Shown one piece after another: positions 36,632-45,303 of a stretch of DNA of 64,000 nt. Positions within the stretch are counted from its first letter, which is position 1, and the number at the start of each line of letters is the position of its first letter. The notes beneath the pieces were generated by a model. That model was not told where the DNA came from, did no database searches, and saw only the letters and a list, made by a program, of their open reading frames with translations. The position numbers and the translations under genes are program-made. The DNA is from Promethearchaeati archaeon SRVP18_Atabeyarchaeia-1 (GTDB lineage Archaea; Asgardarchaeota; Atabeyarchaeia; Atabeyarchaeales; Atabeyarchaeaceae), in the NCBI GenBank assembly GCA_037308085.1, contig CP147779.1, positions 1,120,001 through 1,184,000 of the forward strand, given 5' to 3'.

Positions 36632-36678
36632 AGACGCGGGCCAGAAAGCCTACGCCCTTCAAGGGGTTGGTGGCTCAC
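36632..36678 (+). mobile_element. 47-bp IS200/IS605 end-fusion relic (PATE-like)
   Basis: TTAC|AGACGCGGGCCAGAAAGCCTACGCCCTTCAAGGGGTTGGTGGCTCAC; 5' half matches the left end and 3' half the right end of the element at 54492..54722. Confidence 0.75.
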
Positions 36679-36794
36679 ACTCGGCATTGCAGAAAAACCC
36701 TGCATGAAATCGGCTCTGAACCCGGCGATCGTGGGAAGGCGCCAAAAAGAAGTGCGCGGGGGACAAACGTGTCCCCTTTTCCTTTTCATCGAAG

Positions 36795-37220
36795 CTAGTC
36801 TGCGGGAACGAAGACGTACTTGACTCCCATCTCGGGTGATTCCACGAACTCTATTCTCAGCTTCATTCCTACTTTCACATCTTCTGGCTTGATGTCCTTA
36901 AGCCATGTCATGGTTGCTGGTCCTTCGCTGAGTTTCACGACCCCAATTGTGTAGGTCCCGTACTTTGTGTAACTTTCAGGAGGCGTCGTGTTGACGGTGA
37001 ATGTCGCTAGCTCACCTTCACCACCAAACTCGATCCAATCCATTTCGTCTGAGAGGCACTTAGCGCAGTCGGCGCGAGGTGGGAAGTAGCTCGTGCCACA
37101 TTTCTTGCATTTCGTACCCATGAGCTTGTGCTCTTTCAGAGCTTCGAAGAACTTTGTGACTTTCGTGTTAAATGGCTGGGAGGGCTGTTGCCCGCCTACC
37201 GATGGTTGAGATTTTGACAT
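36795..37220 (-). CDS. DUF35 Zn-ribbon/OB-fold protein
   Basis: CKKCG..FPPRADCAKC plus OB-fold. Confidence 0.92.
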   Translation of the reverse strand: MSKSQPSVGGQQPSQPFNTKVTKFFEALKEHKLMGTKCKKCGTSYFPPRADCAKCLSDEMDWIEFGGEGELATFTVNTTPPESYTKYGTYTIGVVKLSEGPATMTWLKDIKPEDVKVGMKLRIEFVESPEMGVKYVFVPAD

Positions 37221-37233
37221 TTCTTTTTCCACC

Positions 37234-38409
37234 TCACCTTGTGTAGATATGTACGTATGCGTACTGTCCCGTGGCTCCAACGTTGTGCGTCAATCCATAC
37301 TCGGCTTTTTGAACTTGCCGCCCTTCGTCGGCTTCTCCACGCAGTTGCTTAGTTATTTCGACAGCCATGCTGATTCCAGTTGCCCCGATCGGATGACCCT
37401 TTGCCTTAAGTCCTCCATCGACATTGGTTGGGAGTCTTCCTCCAACGTAAGTCTGTCCTTCTTCTACGAACTTACCCCCATCACCCTTCTTGACGAACCC
37501 AAGATCCTCAAGCGCCATTATCTCTGCTATGGTGAAGCAGTCATGAACATCGGCCACATTTATCTCTCTTGGCTCAACCTTGGCCATCTTGAAAGCCTGC
37601 TTTCCAGCTTCGACAGCTGAGTTTACACCGACGTAACTTGGCTTGGCAGCAAAGTACTCTGCTTCACTGGCGCATCCGAGCCCAGTTAGCCATATTGGTG
37701 TGTCGCAGATCTTCTTTGCAACATTCGCGGAAGCTAGTATCGCGGCGGCAGCTCCGTCAGTAATCAGTGAGCAGTCATATAGCTTCAGAGGTGACGCTAT
37801 GACCCTTGACTTCATTACCTCTTCAAGCGAAACTGCTTTCTGCATATGGGCATACGGATTCAATGCACCGTACTTGTGGCTTTTCACTGCAACCTTTGCC
37901 AGCTGCTCTTCAGTAGTTCCAAACTCATGCATGTGTCGCCTCGCCATAAGCGCGTAGTAGCCTGGGAAGGTTGTGCCCCACCACGCGAACTCCCACTGTG
38001 CGTCGCCTCCTCTTCCAAGAGCCTCTACCGCCTTTGCGGTTGGAACTTCATTCATCTTCTCAAAGCCGAGAACCATCACTATGTCTGCCAGTCCTGAGAG
38101 TATCGTGCCATAAGCGACCCTGATCGCTGCGCTGCCTGTGGCACAAGCAGCTTCGACTCTCATTGATCCTTGTGGATTCACTCCAACGTAGTCTGCAGCG
38201 GCAGCTGCCGGCGATAGCTGACCATTCAGGAATTCGGCGCCAGCGACTCCTATCACTGAATACTGAATGTCCTTTGGAGCCAAACCGCTGTCCTCAAACG
38301 CGTGTCTTGTTGCTTCGAAACAGAGCTCACGGTAAGAGGCGTCCATTCTTTTGCCGAACTTAGATTGACCAACGCCAACAATTGCAACTTTCTTTTCTCC
38401 TTTACCCAT
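37234..38409 (-). CDS. Thiolase (archaeal acetyl-CoA acetyltransferase)
   Basis: EAACATG, HDCF, GHPIGATG, HNVG. Confidence 0.94.
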   Translation of the reverse strand: MGKGEKKVAIVGVGQSKFGKRMDASYRELCFEATRHAFEDSGLAPKDIQYSVIGVAGAEFLNGQLSPAAAAADYVGVNPQGSMRVEAACATGSAAIRVAYGTILSGLADIVMVLGFEKMNEVPTAKAVEALGRGGDAQWEFAWWGTTFPGYYALMARRHMHEFGTTEEQLAKVAVKSHKYGALNPYAHMQKAVSLEEVMKSRVIASPLKLYDCSLITDGAAAAILASANVAKKICDTPIWLTGLGCASEAEYFAAKPSYVGVNSAVEAGKQAFKMAKVEPREINVADVHDCFTIAEIMALEDLGFVKKGDGGKFVEEGQTYVGGRLPTNVDGGLKAKGHPIGATGISMAVEITKQLRGEADEGRQVQKAEYGLTHNVGATGQYAYVHIYTR

Positions 38410-38784
38410 TATACGTTTCACCTGCCAAAACTGTTCTTTCTGCACATTCAACAGAAGCCGTAACCGTATTTCCGATTGATATAAAGACAACTGGAGAGCA
38501 AGTATATATTTCTTGACATTCCCGCCTTGCCGTAAAAAAGTCCTCGGGTCGTGGAAGATTCAGACTGGTTTCTTCGCGAATGCCTTTCTATCGCTTGGAA
38601 AAACGAGATGGATAGACCACACCCCTTCACTAGTTCAACATAAGCCAACAATGCGGCTGAGCTGCGGCGGACCTATTATTTCTGATCAAAACTTAAATAC
38701 GTCTTCAAAGTTTTAAGTGATAATTGGGATCATAGAATATGGAAATCATGGCAAAATTGCTTTTTTGTAAGAAGGTGATTATGA

Positions 38785-39654
38785 TTGAATGCGAATGATA
38801 TTAAGAATGTCACCGTTTTGGGCGCGGGTCTGATGGGGTCAGGCATTGCCCAAGTATGCGCGCAAGCTGGCATGAACGTCGTCATGCGAGATATAAGTGA
38901 CGAGTTTGTAAACAAGGGGCTCAAAGGAATCAAAGACGCACTGGAGAAGGGAGTGAGCAAAGGTAAGTTGAAGCGCGAGGATGCCGACGCCACAGTCAGC
39001 AGAATTAAAGGAACGACAGACCTAGCCAAGGCGGTGAGTGAAGCAACCCTCATAATAGAAGCAATTCCGGAAGATATGAAGCTGAAGAGGGAGGTCTACA
39101 AAGAGGTCACCAAGAGCGCAAAAGAAGATGCGGTAATTGCCTCAAATACATCAACACTCAGCGTGACAGAGATGGCGACCAACGTGACCCACCCCGAGAA
39201 ATTCATCGGGTTACATTTCTTCAACCCCGCACCAATAATGAAGCTACTCGAGATAGTCAGGGGTAAGAAGACATCAGATGAGACTGTGCAGTTTGCCAGA
39301 GACTTCGCCAACAAGGTCGGCAAGACACCAGTTGTTTGCATCGACAGCCCAGGCTTCATTGCCAACAGGATCGCCCTGCCACTAATGAACGAAGCAATCC
39401 TAGCGCTGGAAGAAGGAGTCGCAACTAAGGAGGACATTGACACAGCCATGAAGTTGGGGTACAATCACCCGATGGGACCCTTCGAGCTGGCAGATCTTGT
39501 AGGTCTTGACACGCTTCTGCACTCGATAAGGTCTGTAGGAGACAAGCTGAAGTCTCCAAGGTGGAAGGCACCCAAACTACTTGAGCAGATGGTAAAGGAT
39601 GGCAAGTTGGGACGTAAAACAGGGAAAGGATTCTACGATTATACGCAGAAATAG
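38785..39654 (+). CDS. 3-hydroxyacyl-CoA dehydrogenase
   Basis: GAGLMGSG, SNTS, HFFNP, PMGPFEL.D.VGLD. Confidence 0.95.
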   Translation: MNANDIKNVTVLGAGLMGSGIAQVCAQAGMNVVMRDISDEFVNKGLKGIKDALEKGVSKGKLKREDADATVSRIKGTTDLAKAVSEATLIIEAIPEDMKLKREVYKEVTKSAKEDAVIASNTSTLSVTEMATNVTHPEKFIGLHFFNPAPIMKLLEIVRGKKTSDETVQFARDFANKVGKTPVVCIDSPGFIANRIALPLMNEAILALEEGVATKEDIDTAMKLGYNHPMGPFELADLVGLDTLLHSIRSVGDKLKSPRWKAPKLLEQMVKDGKLGRKTGKGFYDYTQK

Positions 39655-39699
39655 GAAATTCTCAGCAACAATAAATAGTAGAGGAGGTATGGCAAAACG

Positions 39700-40494
39700 T
39701 TGTCCTCACCACAATACAAGAATATAATTCTCGAGAAAAAAGATGGAATAGCAAGACTGACCGTTAATAGACCACAGGTGTATAACGCTCTAAACCCGGA
39801 AACCATGAACGAAATTGCGGACGCTATAGCGAACGTAGGCAAAGATGCTTCAGTCAAAGTTCTCGTGATTACCGGCGCGGGGGAAAAGGCCTTCGTTGCT
39901 GGGGCAGATATAAATACATTCCCCACTCTGACGCCGAAGCAGGCCAAGACATTCTCAAGACTAGGACAAGTCAACATAACTAGAGCACTTGAACTACTAC
40001 CCAAGCCAGTGATAGCAGCAGTTAACGGTCTTGCGTACGGCGGAGGCTGTGAGATAGTGCTGGCATGCGACTTCATTATAGCATCTGAGAATGCCAAGTT
40101 CTGCCAACCGGAAATAAACTTGGCAATTCTTCCGGGCTGGGGTGGAACGCAGAGGCTCCCAAGAATAGTCGGGACTCACAAGGCCAAGGAACTATGCATA
40201 ATCGGGGAACCGATTGACGCCAAGGAAGCTGAGCGAATAGGACTAGTGTACAAGGTGGTTCCAGTAGGAAAATTGAATGAAGCTGTGGATGCACTTATCA
40301 GTAAACTCGCGAGCAAGAGTCCTGTGGCAATCCAGCTCGCGAAAGACGCGGTGAATAAGGCACTGGATGAAGACTTGGATACAGGGCTAAACTACGAAGC
40401 AGAATTGTTTGCAAAAGCCTTCACCACGGAAGACCATGTTGAAGGGGCAAAGGCGTATTTGGAAAAGAGGAGAGCTGTATTCAAAGGTAAGTAG
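39700..40494 (+). CDS. Enoyl-CoA hydratase (crotonase)
   Basis: AFVAGADI, GGGCE, QPE..L...PGWGGTQRL. Confidence 0.95.
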   Translation: MSSPQYKNIILEKKDGIARLTVNRPQVYNALNPETMNEIADAIANVGKDASVKVLVITGAGEKAFVAGADINTFPTLTPKQAKTFSRLGQVNITRALELLPKPVIAAVNGLAYGGGCEIVLACDFIIASENAKFCQPEINLAILPGWGGTQRLPRIVGTHKAKELCIIGEPIDAKEAERIGLVYKVVPVGKLNEAVDALISKLASKSPVAIQLAKDAVNKALDEDLDTGLNYEAELFAKAFTTEDHVEGAKAYLEKRRAVFKGK

Positions 40495-40568
40495 AAACAA
40501 ACTGGAAAAAGAATTTCTCTTACCTTTTTTTGGAGATTATCAAAGTGAATTGAGGCGTCATAACCAAA

Positions 40569-41777
40569 TTGATTGAAGATATCGACAAAGAATTGTCAAA
40601 ATCGAAGTCCGATGCTTTGATCGTTATTGGAGACTCAACCTATGGTAACCCTTCTCTTGCGTACGTTGTAGGCGCGGTAGCGACGAGAGGTGGAATCTAC
40701 ATCAAGAACACTGGAGGGAAACCGCTTCTCATCGTTTCGGAGATAGATATTGGGACCTCGAAGAAAGGCCTGGTACAGGACATAAGATCTTACTCCCAGT
40801 TCGGCTACCTGGGGCTCGCCCAGGAGCTTGGAGAAGGAAAGGCGAAAATGGAGGTATGTGTCCGGGCGCTGAAGGAGCTGGATTTGAGAGGAAAGGTTTG
40901 CCTCGCGGGCAAAGTTGAAGCAGGAACAGCATTGAGCTGGGCAGAGTATCTGAAGAACAAGGGATTCACGGTTTCGCTTGACGAAGACTTGGTGGACAGG
41001 GTGCGAATGACTAAGGACAACATCGAGGTAGGCAAGATCAGGGATGTCGGAAGAAAAACAGAGAAAGTAGTCATTGCCACGATCAAGATGCTGACGCAAT
41101 GCAAAGCTGACAAGGAAGGAAAACTGAAATCAGACAATGGAAAGTCTCTCACAGTTGGGGACGTGAAAGCCTTCATACGCATGAGGTTGGCTGAAGAGAA
41201 CCTCGTGGCATCAGAGGATACCATCTTCGCGCAAGGAGCGGAGGGCGCCGATCCGCACAACCCAGGAGTGGACTCCACTGTTATTAGAAACAATACGCCA
41301 ATAGTCTACGATATTTTCCCACAACAGGTCGGTGGCTACTGCTTCGACACGACTAGAACAATAGTTATCGGCAAGGCATCAGAAGAGGTCAAGAAAGCCT
41401 ACACGGATGTTCTCGAATCACAACTGCTCGCCTTGAGCGACATAAAGGCTGGTGTGCAGGCAAAGGAAGTCATGAGGAAAGTCTGCGAATTCCTGGCATC
41501 AAGAGGACACAAGACACCGATCTACTACACCGAGAAGAATGCCCCCATGACGGATGGGTTCATTCACGGTCTGGGACATGGAGTCGGCTTAACAATAGGT
41601 GAACCACCAACGCTGAGACTGACCTCACGTGACATCTTGACCGAGGGAACTGTGACGACAGTCGAGCCAGGGGTCTACTATCCGGGAAAGTTTGGCGTCC
41701 GAGTAGAGGACATAGCAATTGCGAGAAAGAACAAAGCAGAGAACCTATCAACCCTCCCAAAGGAGCTAGAGGTGTAG
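40569..41777 (+). CDS. M24 Xaa-Pro aminopeptidase
   Basis: DTTRT, HGLGHGVG, EPGVY, GVRVED. Confidence 0.9.
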   Translation: MIEDIDKELSKSKSDALIVIGDSTYGNPSLAYVVGAVATRGGIYIKNTGGKPLLIVSEIDIGTSKKGLVQDIRSYSQFGYLGLAQELGEGKAKMEVCVRALKELDLRGKVCLAGKVEAGTALSWAEYLKNKGFTVSLDEDLVDRVRMTKDNIEVGKIRDVGRKTEKVVIATIKMLTQCKADKEGKLKSDNGKSLTVGDVKAFIRMRLAEENLVASEDTIFAQGAEGADPHNPGVDSTVIRNNTPIVYDIFPQQVGGYCFDTTRTIVIGKASEEVKKAYTDVLESQLLALSDIKAGVQAKEVMRKVCEFLASRGHKTPIYYTEKNAPMTDGFIHGLGHGVGLTIGEPPTLRLTSRDILTEGTVTTVEPGVYYPGKFGVRVEDIAIARKNKAENLSTLPKELEV

Positions 41778-42042
41778 ATAGAGCGCACTAAAACTAGCCT
41801 CCAATCCTAGCAGAAAGCCCGCTTCCACCTACAGTCTGTAGCGTTCCGTAGAAAAGCAGATTACCCCATACACTCGTTGAACTCTACCTCTAATCCTCAG
41901 TCAGATCACAGTAGGGCAGTCGAAGCCGCCTGCACGAATAACGGTCTTAGATTGGCAAATTCAAGGCATGGTTGAGACCCAACTCTGCAGTGTGCGCCAG
42001 TCGCGAAGCAGAAACGCCAATTCGGAGACATGACTTGTATCT

Positions 42043-42552
42043 CTAAGACTTCGCTGGTCGTTTGTAACTGTTTCTCGAGAAGAGTTCTTCAAAACTCTTG
42101 CGAGGTCTTGCAGGAGGGTCCTGATCTGGTGCGCCGAGCGCCAAAATCCCAGCGACAACGGATTCCTTGGGTATGTCTAGCGATTGCTTTACACTATCGT
42201 CGTCGAACGCGCCGACCCAGACTCCCTTGAGTCCGGCTTCATAAGCAGCCAGCATGATCAATGTAAGCGCAATAGCGGTGTCAATGACGTGCCATCTCGG
42301 TGACCTCTTTGGATCTGCAACGCCAACTACAAGAAGAGGGGCTTTCGCCAAGTTTGGTTGCCCCGACGCCTTAGCGATCAGATTCAGTTTTTCTGGGTCA
42401 TCGACAAGCACAAACCGGTACGGCTGCCAATTCACGGCTGATGGTGCTTGCTGTGCAGCTTCCATTATGATGTCTAGCTGCTTCTTTTCGACTGGCTTGC
42501 TCTTCCACTTCCTAACACTTCTTCTCGATCTTATGATATCCATCACGGTCAA
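42043..42552 (-). CDS. Nitroreductase-family protein
   Basis: RRSVRKW, APSAVNWQP, DTAIA. Confidence 0.92.
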   Translation of the reverse strand: MTVMDIIRSRRSVRKWKSKPVEKKQLDIIMEAAQQAPSAVNWQPYRFVLVDDPEKLNLIAKASGQPNLAKAPLLVVGVADPKRSPRWHVIDTAIALTLIMLAAYEAGLKGVWVGAFDDDSVKQSLDIPKESVVAGILALGAPDQDPPARPRKSFEELFSRNSYKRPAKS

Positions 42553-42623
42553 AGTCGATCACCTCGCAAAAGCAACCTGCTAACAGAGATAAGATACTAG
42601 ACAAAACCGTAGAACCCTCGGCT

Positions 42624-43562
42624 CTACGGTTTAGGTACCGCTAGGTCACTAGCTCCGCTTTCAGACAACCTTCCTTCGGGGTAGTTCTTCTCGATTATTC
42701 CATGGATTATCTCAGCGAACTTTACCTTCTCCCTGGCCTGGAACGCCAAGGCGTCAGGGCTGACCCATGGTCTGTAGGTTGAACCTATGTTGGAACCAGG
42801 CTCGATCTTAAAGTAGACAGGGCTGCAGACTCTGACTATCTCCGGGCAGTCGTAGAACCTGTTGAACCCACCAAAGGAGTCGAACAATATGGCAAATATG
42901 TCTAGTGGTATGTCGCATGCGCTTCTAAGTGAACCCAACTGGGGTAGTGAGAGATCTGCCAGTGGGTTGAAAGTATCAGCTCCGAGTGACTCGAGTAGTT
43001 TTGCGCTTGCTGGTGAGGCATGTCCGGCAAAGACCGAAACCTTGAATTTCACTTCCTTGGGGATCTCACCGATCCTCTTCAGTTCTTTTAGAAGCCACAG
43101 AAGCCCCTCGTCAATGACCAAGAATCCTCTGAAGCCTACCTCTATGAGTTTCTTTATCTCGTAGACGACATAGGAGAGCTGGTCAGCGCCCCTAAACCTC
43201 ATCCCTGAGAGAACCCCTTCGGGCGTAGCTATCTGCCTGCCAGTGTCCCAGAGTGATCTCGGTCCCGGTGTCGCTATGACCTCTATCTTAGCAGCCGCGG
43301 CGAGCTCAGCAAACTCCTCAAGCTCCTTCTCAGACAGTAGCGTCGCACCCATGACCATGCCTATAACTCTGTGAACTGGGACATCTCTCTTCTCAGACTC
43401 GTCTATCAGAGCCTCCAAGGTAGATGGACGTTCAATGCCGCTGATCTCGATTCGATAATTGCATCCGTCTGGGAAACTCTTCTTGCTCTTGGTGAGCTCG
43501 TAAAGATCTCTCCCTGGTATCCCAAGCTTCTGAAAAGCGTTACGCACATCATCAATATTCAA
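42624..43562 (-). CDS. TIM-barrel protein of the U32-like family (function unknown)
   Basis: FPDG..YRIEI, GFRGFLV.DEGLL, FK.SV..GH; GGAGGGTGA upstream of TTG 43562. Confidence 0.65.
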   Translation of the reverse strand: MNIDDVRNAFQKLGIPGRDLYELTKSKKSFPDGCNYRIEISGIERPSTLEALIDESEKRDVPVHRVIGMVMGATLLSEKELEEFAELAAAAKIEVIATPGPRSLWDTGRQIATPEGVLSGMRFRGADQLSYVVYEIKKLIEVGFRGFLVIDEGLLWLLKELKRIGEIPKEVKFKVSVFAGHASPASAKLLESLGADTFNPLADLSLPQLGSLRSACDIPLDIFAILFDSFGGFNRFYDCPEIVRVCSPVYFKIEPGSNIGSTYRPWVSPDALAFQAREKVKFAEIIHGIIEKNYPEGRLSESGASDLAVPKP

Positions 43563-43655
43563 TAACTTCACCCTCCGAATACATTGTGACACAATCTACA
43601 ACGCCGTATTTAACAGTCTCGGAATTCATAGACCTAAGTAGGCGTAGAGAAGAGG

Positions 43656-45119
43656 ATGGGCGTTCATATTGAGAATCCTCGCACACTAGTATTGGTGAGG
43701 ATAAGCTCCTATCCAGCGCGGATGTGGCGAGGAAGGGACAAGCCACCAATGAAGGCCACGGCGGAGAAGCCACTGAAGAGCATGGCCGCCGAACCCATGA
43801 ACCCGGAACCCTCCGAGAACGAGAACCTGCAAAAACAGGGGTTGTTGAAGGCGCTAAGAACCTACTCGCTGAGCTGTAACCAGGGCGAAGCACTCAGCGG
43901 TCTGACGTCTGCATATAACTCCACCCTCAACGAGATGCTACAGCGCATCTGGGGAACAATGCAGTGGAGGAAGCACCAGATCAAGGGCAAGAAGCAGCAG
44001 AGGCTCTACCCCGCCTACAGGAAGGACAACGCCTTCAAGCGCGGGCTGAGAGACACATGCCTTGAAGGGTGGGTCTACGCTGCGCACTGGGTTGACTCTT
44101 CCCCGAAGACCGCCTTCAGCATCATGTCCTCCTGGAAGAGAAACTATGAGAAGGGTGAGAGGAGGAGGAGGTGCCCACGTGCAGGGAGGCTCTTCCTGCG
44201 GGCAAAGCAGACCCTCCTCAAACTTGAAGACGAGAAACTGAGGGTCACCGTGAAGTCGCGCGAGTTCGTTTACATCGATCTCTCCAGGCGCTACTTCAAG
44301 CTGCCTGGTAGTGTGTCCTCCGCGGGCATAGGTGAACCCGTCATCACACCCGATAGAATACACCTGCCCATCCACGTACCGGAAGAGCCTCGGAAGAGGC
44401 CCGCGGAGGCGGTGGCGTGGGACTCGAACATGCTCAGCATGGATGGCTACGGTCCTGAGACTGGTTGGGTGAAGATTGATACGAGGAGGCTCGCCTCCGT
44501 CCACATCTCGGCCTTCGAGAAGAGGCGCAGCGTGCAGAGAAAGGCCTCAAAGTCGAAGAAGGCGAAGAGCACCCTCACAAAATACGGGAGAAGGGAAAGG
44601 GACCGCGCCAAGAAGCGGCAGGTGGAGATAGCGAGGGTGATGCGCTCCCTATCTGGGAGAAACGGCTTCGAGGAGCTTCGCAAGGAGCGGCTCTACTCCA
44701 AGTCGAGACTGTGGAACAGGCGAGTAGCACGCACGGACTGGCGCGGAATAAGGAGACTCGCGGACGGCGTTGAGGTGCCTCAACAGTTTACCTCGAAGAC
44801 CTGCTCCAGATGCGGGTGGACCAACAAAGACCTAAGAAGAGGGGCAGCAGTCTTCGAGTGCGGGAACTGTGGCCTTCGAATTGACAGGCAGCTCAACGCC
44901 GCCATCAACCTCTACCTGAGGATGGAGGGCGTTCCCCACGAGAAGGAACGATGGGATGCGAGCATCCTGCAGTCGCTTTTTGTGGGCGGGTACGTCCTGA
45001 CGGGGGCGGAGCGGAGGGGTGCCGATGAACTCGTGAGGCGCCTATATGATGCGGTGAAGCCCCAGATCTACATAGCATACGATAGGTACGCCGACGCATA
45101 CCAACCTATGCTTACGTAG
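43656..45119 (+). CDS. tnpB: TnpB (IS200/IS605 family RNA-guided nuclease-like), no TnpA; start uncertain
   Basis: AVAWDSN (RuvC-I), GFEEL (RuvC-II), TSKTCSRCG..FECGNCG, IDRQLNAAINL; visibly higher GC than flanks. Confidence 0.88.
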   Translation: MGVHIENPRTLVLVRISSYPARMWRGRDKPPMKATAEKPLKSMAAEPMNPEPSENENLQKQGLLKALRTYSLSCNQGEALSGLTSAYNSTLNEMLQRIWGTMQWRKHQIKGKKQQRLYPAYRKDNAFKRGLRDTCLEGWVYAAHWVDSSPKTAFSIMSSWKRNYEKGERRRRCPRAGRLFLRAKQTLLKLEDEKLRVTVKSREFVYIDLSRRYFKLPGSVSSAGIGEPVITPDRIHLPIHVPEEPRKRPAEAVAWDSNMLSMDGYGPETGWVKIDTRRLASVHISAFEKRRSVQRKASKSKKAKSTLTKYGRRERDRAKKRQVEIARVMRSLSGRNGFEELRKERLYSKSRLWNRRVARTDWRGIRRLADGVEVPQQFTSKTCSRCGWTNKDLRRGAAVFECGNCGLRIDRQLNAAINLYLRMEGVPHEKERWDASILQSLFVGGYVLTGAERRGADELVRRLYDAVKPQIYIAYDRYADAYQPMLT

Positions 45120-45130
45120 GTTGAAACCCC
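44925..45130 (+). ncRNA. Putative omegaRNA/right end overlapping the tnpB 3' end
   Basis: GGGGCGGAGCGG..GATGAA..GGTGAAGCCCC segment and terminal hairpin CAACCTA..TAGGTTG. Confidence 0.5.
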
Positions 45131-45303
45131 TCTATTTCTATCTTTCTTTAGGCAGGACGATTCGTCAGGACATGGGAAAAGAATGCATAGTTCTGGGTCG
45201 ACATTATTAGCCCAAGGTATAGTGTCGCACAGTGCAGGCTGCGCCGTTCCTTAGATTAATAAACGTATTTGCCTTTAATTGTCAATCTGAGGTGCACTAA
45301 TTC

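Noticed and set aside
41820-41910. Minus-strand LRIRGRVQRV resembling an acylphosphatase remnant
   Set aside because: Only about 8 residues of similarity amid stop codons
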